This document shows positions 1 through 12,046 of a stretch of 64,000 bases of DNA, in pieces. The position numbers and the translations under genes were made by a program. Source of the DNA: Psammoneis japonica (taxonomy: Eukaryota); contig QPGO01000037.1 in the NCBI GenBank assembly GCA_008632985.1, forward strand, positions 1 through 64,000, written 5' to 3'. The notes under the pieces are model-generated. The model worked only from the letters and a program-made list of their open reading frames with translations. It had not been told where the DNA came from and made no database searches. Numbering within the stretch: position 1 is the stretch's first letter; each line of letters begins with the position of its first letter.

Positions 1-310
1 AAAGCATCTTGTTGGCTCGGAGCACGTGGAAGGGGTGGGCACGGATGCGAATGTGGAAGGCGTCCTTTCCAATGTGCTTGGAAAGATGCTTGTTAATGGC
101 AACACGGCATGCTTCGAGGGCTTCAGAAGAAATCTGCTGCTTTTCGTCACAGACAAGGTGGGCCACAAACGGAAACTGATCGACGGGCGCCTTCTTGGCA
201 CCCACGTCAAAGATGCGGATCTTGGACTCCGGTACACCACGGCAGTACCGCGACTTGATGTACGGCTTGTTCTTTTGGTAACGGTAGCAACGAGCTGGAC
301 GGCGACCCAT
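1..310 (-). CDS. RPL10: 60S ribosomal protein L10 (uL16), 5' part; runs off the window edge
   Basis: Minus strand from ATG at 310 reads [27 protein letters not shown]...[10 protein letters not shown]...[12 protein letters not shown], the conserved eukaryotic uL16 N-terminus. Absent from the ORF track because the stop lies outside the window. Confidence 0.97.
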   Translation of the reverse strand, partial: MGRRPARCYRYQKNKPYIKSRYCRGVPESKIRIFDVGAKKAPVDQFPFVAHLVCDEKQQISSEALEACRVAINKHLSKHIGKDAFHIRIRAHPFHVLRANKML

Positions 311-950
311 TTTTCAGAATGGCTACAGCGCAAAAGTGGAACGAGAAAAAAATTGTGAGCAAAATTTGTGAGCAAAAGAAAGCGTGAGAAAGCTGAAGAA
401 CCCGGATTTCTGGTGCACGACTACAACACACGTCGCCCATGGCGACAACGCCGGCGGGAACAACCTTGCCGATGCGGTTCAATCTCTCAAATAGCAAATA
501 ATACACGCTCTAACAGCATAGTACGAGCCCATAACAACAACAGCGCCATTCACATTGCCGCCGCAACGCCATGGTCATCGTTTCACTTACCACAAGGTGC
601 AACAAGAAAAAGTGCGACCGGAGGAAGTTGCCCGTAGAACATACAGAGATCCAGTACTACATTTTCAGGTATTTAACAACCGTACGTCACGCACCGAAAG
701 AGACCGAACTCGACAGGCGCGAACACTTATGAAATCGAATGAACTCGCTGGAATGCGAACACCAAATAAATCGCAAACTGGGTTATGAGCTTATTCAAAA
801 TAGTAAGCGGTAGCAAGGTAAAACCGGGTTTCTTTAAATCCTGTCCGCCCCTCCTTTGAAAGATTTCATGCCTTCAAAACGCGAATAGGAAGCCATGCCA
901 TGGCGTCGTTGGTGATCGATTGGGAGACAATAGAACATACATAGCACACC

Positions 951-3066
951 ATGTCGCGACATCGCAACGTTCGAAACCTTACTGAAGACGACTATTATGA
1001 TGATTATGATGATTATGACGACTATTACGAAGAGGAAGAAGACGATTACTATTATCAACAACAACAAGAACGTCGAGATCGAGAACGAGCTCAGCAACAA
1101 TTACAAGCTGCGATACCAACAAAGTCATCGTTAAAGAAATCGAATGAACAACCAAAGCAGCAACAGCAACAGAGCTACGCAGAAAAGGAGCGAATTTTGC
1201 TAGAAATGAATTTTACAAAAGAGCAGGCGAAATGGGCACTGGAGCAATCAAACGGAAATGTGGAGAATGCTGCAAACGCCTTGCTTACATTAGGAACAAG
1301 CACTTCTCTTTCAAAGCCCAAAATGGAACCACCTACATCTCTTCCTGGTATATCAAAAGCTCCACCAGGATTTTCTAGACCTTCAGGTGCAAAAACTCCT
1401 CCTCCGCCTGCTGCAAAGGTTGCGTTTAAAACCGAAACCAAAGAGAAAGCACCACTGACACCACCACCACGAGATCGAAAAAGTACAGAATATGGAGCCT
1501 TGCCCAAGATTCCAGACGAAATCTTAAAAGTGGTTGAAAACCAACGGAGTCGTCTTTCCATGGTGGTGTTGGGTCATGTCGATGCTGGCAAGGTGAGAAG
1601 ACTTTTGCGGGAAGGAGGTTGAAGAATGTGTGTATGTCTGGGCGAACTTATCTTGCTGAAAACTTCCCTGCGCTTTTAACTCATTATTTCTCGGTAGAGT
1701 ACACTCATGGGACAGCTCTTACTTCAGCTCGGTCATGTACAAAAGCGAACAGTGACAAAATATCAAAAGCAAGGTATGTCTCGTTCGGTTCAATAGTATT
1801 GATCTCAGCCTCAAATGTCATTCGTATTCATCCCCTTGTGCCTTTCAACACATTCTAGCGGCGGAACTGGGCAAGGCATCATTTGCCTTGGCTTGGGTCA
1901 TGGACGAGGATGATTCGGAACGAGAACGCGGTGTCACCATGGAGGTTGGGACCAAGTTTGCCACGACGGAAAAGCACGATTTGATCATTTTAGATGCTCC
2001 CGGCCATGCTGATTTCATCCCCGCCATGATTACAGGAGCCGCGTCTGCCGATGTCGGCCTCCTCGTTGTAGCAGCCACGCCCGGAGAGTTTGAAGCGGGA
2101 TTTGAAGCTGGAAAGGGACAACACAGTGGCGGTCAAACGAGAGAACACGTGATTTTAGCTCGTGGATTGGGTGTGTCTCAATTGCTCGTGGCTGTCAATA
2201 AGTTGGATGCGGCGGAACCGCAGTGGAGTCAAGCTCGTTTTGATGAGATCAAATCTCGGCTAATGCCGTTTTTGCAAGCCAATGGATTCCAACCCAAACG
2301 GATTCGTTTTGTGCCAATCAGTGGATTGTCCGGTGCCAATGTAAAAGAGAGCGCATCCAAGGAACCAAATTTGGCCCGTTGGTATGACGGTCCGACCATG
2401 GTGGAAGCGATTGACGCCTTTGTACCGGCGCAACGCAATGTCAATAAACCCCTCCGTGTGATTATCACCGACGTCTATGCCGAAGGCAAGGGTGTGGCAA
2501 CTCGAGGCCGGGTCGTTCAGGGTGTGGTACAAGTCGGCGACAAACTGGTTGTCTCGCCCATTGGTGACAATGCGACCGTGTCGCGATTGGATCATGGTGT
2601 GACATCCGACGCATCTGTCGATCGCCTCAAGTTTGCTGTCGCCGGTGATGCCGTGGAGCTGGTGTTGAGTGGCATTGATATTGTCCGTGTCACGCCGGGA
2701 TGTGTGCTGAGCCACCCACACTTGCAATTGAGACCGCCGGTACGATCCAAGCTACAAGCGAAAATACTGGTCATGGAAGAATTAGGTGTCCCCATTATTC
2801 GTGGAGCTACCGTGCTGCTACACATGCATAGCATTGATGTGCCCGCTATCCTTTCCAAATTGGTGGCAACCACCAAGCGCGACGGCTCCATCAAGAAGGA
2901 GCGGCCGCGTGTCCTGACGGGAGGCGCAAGTGCGACTGTAGAGATTACACTGTCTGCCAAAATCGTCATGGAGGAGTACGCTGAATGCCGAGCGCTCGGT
3001 CGTTTTGTCCTGCGAAGAGGAGGCGATACGATTGCGCTCGGTATTATCGAAAAGATAGTTGGCTAG
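951..3066 (+). CDS. HBS1: HBS1-like translational GTPase; exons 951-1592, 1698-1773, 1859-3066
   Basis: MSRHRNVR N-terminus. GHVDAGK|STL is split by a GT-AG intron. ERERGVT, DAPGH and NKLD motifs; C-terminal [13 protein letters not shown]-like segment ([28 protein letters not shown]). Confidence 0.93.
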
Positions 3067-3210
3067 AGAGAACTAAGGTATTTCAGCGACTGTGATTTAA
3101 AAAGTATAGCGACGATCCCTGATTACAATAGCAAAATTTCAAAAATCTATCAAAGACCAACTTGTTCAATTCTTGCTGACACGCATTCTTGTTCTCTAGT
3201 TCTGTGCCAT

Positions 3211-3921
3211 CTAGCTTTCTCCGTTTGACATTGCAACCTCCACAGACTCGGCAACGGCATCCACAACGTCAACATCCTCATGATCGGAATCTAACATTGG
3301 TTCAATAACTCCCGTCTCCTCGTCCACGTGCACTGGCCAATATCCCCCATGTTGCTTTTCTTCTGCCTTGGCAACAGCCATTTTCCATCCCTCCACAAAG
3401 GCCTCATGTGTTGCACGCTCGTCCTTCCAGAAAGTTTTACTTGGCCCCACGAGGCATCTTATAATCATGAGAGGCGTGTAATATAGGACTAGAAAGGGCT
3501 GCAAAAAGTACCGAAACCACGTTGGAAAGACCCCCACAACAGTAGAAACAACCTTGTTGAACACTCTACTCGTTGTAGCACCAACCGCAACACGAATGGC
3601 CGTGAGAGAAATGCCCGTTGTCGCACGCAAGGTTGCTCGGAGTGCGGTAAAGGAAAATCCCGTCAAATTTCGAAGCCGTGTTCGCAACGATGAATCATCG
3701 CTGTCAGGATCTGCGCCACTGCTTGACATCTTCAACGACAGATTTGATCTTGGGGAAGAAAATTCTGGTATTGTCTTGAATTTACGGCCAGCACTTAGCA
3801 GAGAATGACCAACCATGCTTGGTCGCATCGGCATGTTTCCCACATAGGCCAGCGAAGACCGGCTTTTGCATATTGCAGTCAACAGAAGCAAACACGAATG
3901 CAATGATGAAATGCTGCGCAT
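3211..3921 (-). CDS. Hypothetical protein with signal peptide plus transit-like peptide (probably plastid)
   Basis: 236-aa ORF with hydrophobic N-terminus, Ser/Arg-rich linker, and a compact C-terminal region with a hydrophobic segment. Confidence 0.65.
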   Translation of the reverse strand: MRSISSLHSCLLLLTAICKSRSSLAYVGNMPMRPSMVGHSLLSAGRKFKTIPEFSSPRSNLSLKMSSSGADPDSDDSSLRTRLRNLTGFSFTALRATLRATTGISLTAIRVAVGATTSRVFNKVVSTVVGVFPTWFRYFLQPFLVLYYTPLMIIRCLVGPSKTFWKDERATHEAFVEGWKMAVAKAEEKQHGGYWPVHVDEETGVIEPMLDSDHEDVDVVDAVAESVEVAMSNGES

Positions 3922-4268
3922 CTTTGAGTAAAAAGCAATACCTGTACAACGCTAGAGAGTCTAAGGTCAATGTGACTGACACTTTTAATTTCGCGAACAA
4001 AAAAGCTTCGAAAAAAACAAATGGCGGGCGTCGTGGTGACACCGCAAAGCTTGCGAGTGAGCTAATTTTTTCGATCGTGTCAGCTTTTTTGAGCCGCCTG
4101 TCCATCCCCCGATCGGCATTTCGACCTAAAATGGATATATTGAAACTTGAAGACTTAAATACCACGAAAACGAACGAGCGGCGGAAAGATTTGCGTAGAA
4201 TCCACGTAGGATTTGTACCATCGACGCGGCGAATTATCGCCATTTTCACCACCCGTTGAATTGTAACC

Positions 4269-4867
4269 ATGGCGGCGGACGACTTGAAATCCCTCAGCTT
4301 TGCTGAACTAAACGCCAAGTTCAAGGCACAAATGGCAGAATATAGGGCTGCATCCCAAAGCATTGCGGCGGCGCGTGGAAAAGAAGCACGCATCGCCCGG
4401 TACGAAAAACGCCTTGCCGGACCTCAGACTTGGAGGCAAATGTCCGGCGTCAATTTGATGATTCACGAAATCAAACACGTTGGGAACCGTCCTTTTGCAT
4501 GGGGATTTGGGTAAGTGGCAGTCAGTGGTGGAACGCCATGATGAATGAAGATAAATCAGGTTCTTGAGTGCCGCTGCTGTCTGGAGGGTGTTTTCCTATT
4601 CGATCGCGTTGCAAGAATATGGAAATTGTTTCTTATTTGTTTGTATTTTTCGCCTCACATTTTCGATTCCCTTCCCCAAACAGCACCATTGCTCTTCTGA
4701 CTCTCTATGCTCAGACAAAGTTCACTGGTAAGTCCTAAAGGGTGTGTCGCACGAGATGAATGATGCGGAGATGACGCTACAGCTAATCCCTTGCCTTCTC
4801 GTTTCTTGTCACAGATGAAATGAGGGCAAACTCTGATTACTGGCAGGCCTATCACGCAAAGAAGTGA
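4269..4867 (+). CDS. Small membrane protein resembling mitochondrial ATP synthase 6-kDa (i/j-like) subunit; exons 4269-4510, 4684-4727, 4815-4867
   Basis: Two in-phase GTAAGT...CAG introns give the C-terminus GNRPFAWGFGTIALLTLYAQTKFTDEMRANSDYWQAYHAKK*. This resembles the plant 6-kDa subunit pattern NWPFLVGFA...LTEEDAKNS. The gene model is solid; the product call is tentative. Confidence 0.6.
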
Positions 4868-5311
4868 ACTCTCACTGTCTCAAATCATATTGGATGAATC
4901 TTTGTAATCTCTTTGAGGTAGACTGACCTACTTTAACGAACTAGAGAAGATATCTTTGGTTGATCCTTCCGTTCACATAACTTTGGCGCGTGCGCTTTTT
5001 TCTTCTCGCTCTTTGGGCGGTCTTCACTTCTTTGAAAAGGCCATTAAACCCTCGCACATGTGTGAGCTTGTTTGTCTTTGCATTTGTTATGAAACATGTT
5101 CAGTTAGAACATCTGATTTAAAAAGACGAGAGCCTCCGGTTTCGCATCTCCCCGCTTCACACACCGCGCATTATTCAGTCTAACGGACCCGGAAGTTGAA
5201 CTCGCACGTACTTTCCCGCCGACACCGACACCCCTAACAAATACTTGTAGCTTGGAAGCCATCCTATTGATCAGCTATTTCATTCAATCAGTAACCTATC
5301 AGTCGACAGCC

Positions 5312-6315
5312 ATGTCTGGAGTTGCAATGTCGACTATTTTATCATACGTGCTGGTTGCACTGCTCTTGGAAGTATCCTCGTCCTTGTCTCCGCCTTCCGA
5401 CTTGCCTCCGCCGACAGCCGCGGTTGCTACGGGCAACTTTGGATGGGTAGGACTCGGAGCAATGGGAAACCACATGGCAATGCATATTCATCAGTCCAAC
5501 AACGAAAAGGATCTGTTGGTATGGAACAGAACCCCGGAACGAGCCACGGAACACGCCGCCACGCACGGTACAATAGCAACAAGCTCTCTCGCTCAACTCA
5601 GCAAAGAATCGTCAGTCGTTTTTCTGTCACTTCCTACAACTACAGAAGTGGAGCAAGTCGTTGATTCTCTTAGTGATTTAAAGCCAGGCAGTGTGATTAT
5701 GGATACAACGTCTGGCGAACCCATAAGAACCAAAGAACTGGCGGATAAGTATTTGCAAGAGCGCGGACTTTACTTTGTCGATTGTCCAGTGTCTGGCGGA
5801 CCAGCTGGAGCGGAAGCTGGTACATTAACATGCATGCTTGGTGGTGACAAAGACGTCGTTGACGCTGTGAAACCAATACTGGCGTTTGGAACAATGTCTT
5901 TAATTGTGGTCCAGTCGGAAGTGGGATGGCGTGCAAATCTATCAACAACATTCTCAACACGGCACACTTGCTTGTTGGTGCGGAGGGACTGCTCATGCTC
6001 AAGAACTTTGGAGTAGAGCCTGACGTGGCGTTGTCGGTCATTAATTCATCATCAGGACGATCTCTTCAGACAGAAGTTCGACTTCCAGAGGACGTTCTTA
6101 CTGGTCGATTCGGATACGGTTTCAAACTGTCGCTCATGGCAAAGGACTGCCGAATCGCTGCTAGTATTGCAGAGACGGAATTTCCAAAAGCTACGCTTTT
6201 ACCGCAGGTATCAAAATTAATGAACCACGCAGAAAAGCGCTATCCAGAAGGTGACTACACAGAGTCCGTTCGACTGCTGGAGGAAGAAGCAGGGACCGAC
6301 TTGAGGGTTGATTGA
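5312..6315 (+). CDS. Beta-hydroxyacid dehydrogenase (3-hydroxyisobutyrate dehydrogenase family) with signal peptide; 1-bp frameshift near 5890
   Basis: GWVGLGAMG Rossmann motif, VWNRT and DCPVSGG. The sequence continues in another frame as NNVFNCGPVGSGMACKSINN...FKLSLMAKD. Confidence 0.88.
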
Positions 6316-6535
6316 ATAATTTTCCTCTAGAGAGCTACTGTAATTGAGACAAAAGCTGAGCTGTGGCAGTGATCATCTATCAAGAAGAAAACATGAACTA
6401 GGCAGAAATGATTGATGTAGGGGACACAAGAAAAAGAGACCTAACCCCCAAGCGGTTCCGTGCCTCAACGTTCTGCATCCGCGCTACTGACTCTTCATCA
6501 GCTCACAATTCACGACTTAAAATTACTTGTAGACA

Positions 6536-6985
6536 TTACTTTCTGCCTCCGGGGAAAGCTTTTCGTTCTCCCACCAGTATACACAAAAGACTCGCAATGT
6601 CTGCGTAAACAACCGTTTTCATTTTCGATGTTAGTTGACTCCATCGCGGCAGCGCCAATGCCAAAAAGGCAACATCCGACGCGGCTGTCAACGAAATTGC
6701 CATTGGCAAATACGAAGGATTTTGAAAGGCTGCGGTCAACAACCCCATTCCAAGTATCCCAAACATGGCTGCTCGATGTTGAAGGGCGAGAATCAGAGAC
6801 GGAGACGAATAAGACGAATCATCAGCATTTGTCTTGTCATCGTCCTTTATCGGAACGGAAATTCCATAGAGTTTTTCCAGTTGAGACGCTCCCAAGACTC
6901 CTGGAAGCGGCAGCAGATGAATGACTGCGGCCACACCAAGAAAGACTGTGTCAACTCTGACAAAAGGTCTGGTAGCACAGTTCAT
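6536..6985 (-). CDS. Small multi-pass membrane protein of a bacterial-like family
   Basis: IHLLPLPGVLG...LEKLYGI...LQHRAAMFGILG...VVYADIA motifs and about four hydrophobic segments. Likely start MNCATRP at 6985. Confidence 0.65.
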   Translation of the reverse strand: MNCATRPFVRVDTVFLGVAAVIHLLPLPGVLGASQLEKLYGISVPIKDDDKTNADDSSYSSPSLILALQHRAAMFGILGMGLLTAAFQNPSYLPMAISLTAASDVAFLALALPRWSQLTSKMKTVVYADIASLLCILVGERKAFPGGRK

Positions 6986-7226
6986 GATGGCGAAGATTCG
7001 CCATGGGCAGGACATCCAAGATCCATCATCATCAAAAGAGGTTTTAGGGAACAGGTCGATGTGCTTCGCATCGGCAGCTCTACGAGCGAGCGAGCGCGCG
7101 ATCGACGCGCACAAAATCTCTGGAAAGACCGAACCTCGAACCGCCCAACACTCCGCCAACGCACGGCAACAGGTTGCTGCTTTCACACAATAATTCTTGC
7201 TACTAGAGAGGAATGCCCTGCGTGGT

Positions 7227-7925
7227 ATGCGTGTAGGAACCTACCTTTTGTTTCTATTGGGGCTTTGCATCGTGAACCTTGCTCGTCCATTGACCGTAAA
7301 GTTTTGGAAGCGACTCGCTGCACAGCGAAATGCGCGCATCGTAAAGCCTCTACCTGTAGACAACAATGTTGACGAACACTTCATGGACTTGGCAATCGAA
7401 GAAGCTTCCAAGGCAGAACGTATCGGTGAAGTTCCAATTGGAGCCGTTGTGGTTTATTCGACAGGAAACGGAAAACAAAAGATCCTTTCAAAAGCCGGAA
7501 ATCGAATGGAAAGTAGTCACGACGCGTCTGCCCATGCCGAAATGCTAGCCTTACAACAGGCAGCTTCCCGCCAAGAGAATTGGCGTTTGATCAATTGTAC
7601 ACTCTACAGCACACTTGAACCGTGCGTCATGTGTTTGGCTGCCTGTCAGGCATTTCGCGTCGGGCGCGTCGTCTATGGTGCTCCCGATTTGCGACTGGGA
7701 GCGGTAGAAACGCACATTCGGTTGTTGGATGTGGTTCATCCTTCGCACAATATTTCAGATGTTGTAGGTGGAATTCGAAAGGAGGAGAGCGCTGATCTCT
7801 TGAGAAGCTTCTTCCGAAAGAGAAGAAGAGAGGCAAAAAAGTCGAAATCCAAAACTGTTAGCACGCAAAGAACGACCTGGCGAATATCAAGACGATTTCC
7901 GTGGAGAATACGAAAGCGTCAATAG
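7227..7925 (+). CDS. tadA: tRNA adenosine(34) deaminase, bacterial TadA type, with N-terminal signal peptide (probably plastid-targeted)
   Basis: GEVPIGAV, HAE, TLEPCVMC, VYGAPD..LGA and LLRSFFR motifs. Confidence 0.9.
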   Translation: MRVGTYLLFLLGLCIVNLARPLTVKFWKRLAAQRNARIVKPLPVDNNVDEHFMDLAIEEASKAERIGEVPIGAVVVYSTGNGKQKILSKAGNRMESSHDASAHAEMLALQQAASRQENWRLINCTLYSTLEPCVMCLAACQAFRVGRVVYGAPDLRLGAVETHIRLLDVVHPSHNISDVVGGIRKEESADLLRSFFRKRRREAKKSKSKTVSTQRTTWRISRRFPWRIRKRQ

Positions 7926-8203
7926 GTCCAGAAGTAAAATCATGTATCATGGCACCGTGTTGAGAGCGGCATAAAGCTATCCAGAGAGGTGCTTGGTAGC
8001 TAACAGGACGACACTCTATCATAAATCATAAGCCATGGTAAGGTTACAACAGTCGGGTCGGCAGGAAGGCCGAGGCGCGAGGCGCGCGGTTCATCGTGCC
8101 ACAACTCCGGGTTCACGAATCATCACGAAGCAATTATTTTTGGAAACGACGGAGAGAAAAAGAGCAGAACGAGAACCCCGACCACAAAACACGCGAAACG
8201 ACG

Positions 8204-10934
8204 ATGAGAGGAAGACGGGATACGTACATCTTTAGAGGGTTAGTGAAGTTCCTCCTGATGAGGAGTGTTGCGCATGCTGATATAGGGCCGGATGGCCTCT
8301 GCAACCTCTTTGGTTTCCTACCTTTCACGTTTGGCGGGTAAGTTCCAAGAAGTGACATGGCGTTTTGTTCAAAGCTGCAATCAATCATGTGGTCTCATCA
8401 TTGTTCTTCCTTAAACATCTATAGAGGAGAGGTATGTGACTCGTGCGTCGGCTTTGGCTTTAATCATATGGCTTCTATGTTCCTCGCAATGGAACATTTC
8501 AACGCGAGAAACGGCAGTGTCGTGAAGGAATTGGAATTGTTCAGAGACTGCCCCGTCAAGTTCGACATGGACCTGGAAAAATCAAGAATAATCAATGCAG
8601 ATGCATTGTGCAGTCAAGAAGGACTCGAGTTTCTTGCCACTCAGGAGGATGCACCTTGTGCAGTCGTTGGACCATTTGATGATCTTCCAGGATTGAGCTG
8701 TCAACGATTGCGAAAGCTCGCAAGTTCCCAGTGACCACACACCGTGGTTTCGACATTCGTGCGATATCACCGTATCCATCACCGTACACCACTCAATTGT
8801 ACCCAGATATAATCACAACGGCAGAAATTTTAGCAGCAACGCTTCTGAGGAGAAACAGAACTGGTTATGTTGCGCATCTGTACGCGCTAACAGAAATGGG
8901 TAGCCTTTGGCGCGAAACAGTTTCAGTTTTGCTCGACGAGCATAACATTTCAAATCAGGGCTTTTCTTATAACAGCTCGCTTAGTCCAGCTGAAAGTGAA
9001 AGGAGAACCATGCAGCGGACGTTGGAGGGAGTGAAGGACTCGGGCTATCGTACAATCGTCGTAACATCTGAAATAATTTCTATTGAGCTGAAGGAGATGG
9101 CGCAAGTGGCTACTGATTTGGAACTCACAAATGGAAATTATTTGTGGGTTTTCATGGGAGAATTCGATCCCTCTTTTTGGGAGACAACTGATAACGTCAC
9201 AGTCAAGTTTCTCGAAGGATCCCTATTGCTCATGCCGTTGGAGGAAATGTTTAGAAATGACACTACTCCCTTTGTACTCGCATGGAAGAGCCAAGGCAGC
9301 GAAGCTGTGAAACGCCTGAATGACGCCAATCCTATCCGACGTGGTGATAACGATACTGAAGTATCTGGTCCTGGATACGTAACCACAAGTACACCTGGCT
9401 ATGTTTATGCCAAGGATGATTACTTTTCAAATAATAAGTCGTATCCTGATTTTTGTTCGGGGTTTTTGTACGACGCTGTGATCGCTACAGGGATGGGAGC
9501 ATGTCGAGCATTCGCTGCCAATAATGGATCAAGAGTTCCGATTGATGACTTCGTCAAAGAGATCCGCAGTAGCGATTTTTTGGGTGTATCGGGCCATGTT
9601 CACTTTGAGTGCCAAGACTGTCCAGTACGAGACTCGTCATCGTATGTGTGGGTTGTTATGAATCTCTGGCCACCTGGTATGTTTGCTACTGATCTCATCG
9701 AAGACGGCGAGTACGAGTTTGTGAATGACACAATCTATGCCGATGGTCGTTCTGTTCCGCCGACGCTCCTGAGAGATCCCGGCGAACAGAATTATTTGAG
9801 CGGCGCAGTTCGAGGAGTTGGTTTTGCACTTTTAGGTGTTGCGTGGCTTGCAGCTGCCGTAGCCGCGGTCTGGGTTTTTCTCCATCACAAGCATCGCGTC
9901 GTGAGAGCGGCCCAGCCATATTTCTTGTATTTGATTTGCTTGGGAGCTGCCGTTTCCGCTGCAGCGATTTTCTCTCTTTCCTTTGACGAGAGTTATGGTT
10001 GGTCGACTCAGCAGCTTAGCCACGCGTGTATGTCAATACCGTGGCTCTCCTCGCTTGGACATATTATCACGTATGGTGCACTTTTCAGCAAGCTGTGGAG
10101 GATTAACCTAGTATTACAACCGGTTCGAAGAAAAATTGAAATAAAGCAGTTCTTTGGCCCTCGCTAGTACTCGCTGCGGCCACGGTTTTGATACTTGCTC
10201 TTTGGACCGGCCTGGACCCTTTGGAATGGAGTCGAGAATGGATAAATAAAGTCACAGGCGAAACCATTGGCCAATGTCGGTCTGAAGAAGGCGCTGCTCG
10301 TTTTCTTGTACCATTGATCGCGGTACTGGTAATCCCTACTCTGATGACGCTGTACATGTCATGGTGTACAAAGGACATAGACGAAGCTTGTGAGTTTTCC
10401 TCCCTGACTTGAAGAATGTTGTCCTGCCACTCGTTCACACCGAGCAGATTCTGATCTCTTACCTCTTTTCTGTTCTAACTCTTAGATTCTGAGTCCTACT
10501 GGATTTTCATCATGGTCTTGGTTCAGTGCGAGGTTATTCTATTTGCTGTACCAATGTTTGTTTTGCTTCGAGATGTATCGACTGATGGTCGGTACTTCGG
10601 CTACGTCATTTTAATATGGACGTTCCCCATGACGGCATTGGCGTTGATCATTGGACCAAAAATTGTAGCCTTTCATCGTGTAGAGCGTGGAAGCAACGGT
10701 TCATCGGGTAGGCGGAGAAATAGAACGGGTGCCACCGGTGATGTCCATGTTACCGGCCTAGAAATGCACCGGGCTTCGATCTCAACGTTGACGCCTCCGA
10801 CTGCATCACATGCGGATGAAGATGTTGGCCAGTCCTCAGTGGGAAGTATCGGAGATCTCAGAGAGAGCACTGCGTCGCGTCCGAATGAGCACGATGACCA
10901 CTTAACAAAACCAACCTATTCAATTGACCCATGA
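8204..10934 (+). CDS. Class C (GABA-B-like) GPCR with extracellular ligand-binding domain; introns near 8338-8424 and 10390-10485, apparent frameshifts near 8690 and 10150
   Basis: LAMEHFNARN, AVVGP and FLYDAVIA in the ectodomain. 7TM region VVRAAQPYFLYLIC...CMSIPWL...YGALFSKLWRIN...DPLEWSRE...IGQC...LIIGPK. Confidence 0.85.
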
Positions 10935-12046
10935 TGGAAGTAATCCAGAACCTTTATTTTGCACTCAAACAGGCTGAGAAACCCGGTGCTCTTTGTTCCG
11001 CTCGATTCTCAAAGTCATTGCGAGATGGCGGACAATTGGGGTACGGCAGTGATAATTTGGGAAGAAACAACACATCTACTGGCTTAAATACATGGCGCAG
11101 TGATAGGCCAGGCACGGCAGAAATTTTGTTGTGCCGTAGAATGAAAATTGAATGCTCAGCTTGGAAAAAAGTGAATCAAGCACAAAGTGAGCTCATGTTG
11201 CATGCACTGCTTGTAGATGAGAAGAACACTGGTAAGGGAACGAAGAATGCGCTTCTATAATTCATGGACAAAGTATTTTCTGATTGTTGCAGTAAGGACG
11301 ATTGCGAATTGCGACCTGTTCAAATCAGAGTGCTTTTAAGATGTCCAGTTCTCCAGTTCTAGTCTGCTCTATCTAGAAGTAGAGAGAGCAGTGCTGGCTG
11401 GGTACGGACTGCTGTAACCTAATTTCGAACAACACTTGCTAACATGATCTACAACGAACTAACTCATGTAACTTAACAAGAACGACTGCAGTGAAAAGCA
11501 CACGATGCCATCGATGCCAACTAAAATGAATGAACAAATGACTGACTGAATGAACACAACATCGTGTCATTCCATGCAGCATGCAGTGGGCTCGGCGGGC
11601 CGGGCGGGGGGCTTTTTGTCCTCATGAGTCGCTTGCGACCATCCTATTACAATGCCGTGAATGCGATCTGGGGTCTGGGGGGTCGGTACGGGGGGGGGAA
11701 ACCGTGGCGCTATGATGGCGGCTTTCCACTTTCAACTTTCCAGCATACCGTACATACCGGTACGCTTCTCGTTCCCTATCCCTTCTATCGTATCTTCCCC
11801 TTTTCCGTTTGAAGAATATGCCAATAGGGCTAGTGTTTTTGAGCGTGTGAGGGACTCTAGAACTCTAGATTGAAGCACGTCAGAACAATAGTGTTCGGGG
11901 AGGGGTGTGAGGTGCATAGCGATTGAAGTCAGGCGTTAGGGATCAGAGACTTGGTCGCTGGTCGCGTTCTCTGGTCGTGTCACACTAAAGATACGTGACA
12001 CTTCCATTCATCACGGCAGCCTTTTGTTCGACGTTGGAAGAGCATC

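Noticed and set aside
26..358. 110-aa plus-strand ORF
   Set aside because: Antisense shadow of RPL10.
311..950. RPL10/HBS1 divergent pair as a functional ribosome-rescue cluster
   Set aside because: Head-to-head pairs are common in compact genomes, and there is no evidence beyond adjacency.
3782..4393. ORFs of 146-203 aa spanning the divergent promoter region
   Set aside because: They overlap better-supported genes and have no recognisable motifs.
10931..11920. Short ORFs and G-rich runs between the GPCR and the sulfatase
   Set aside because: No motifs, termini or repeats that I can support. Possibly a TE remnant, but unproven.
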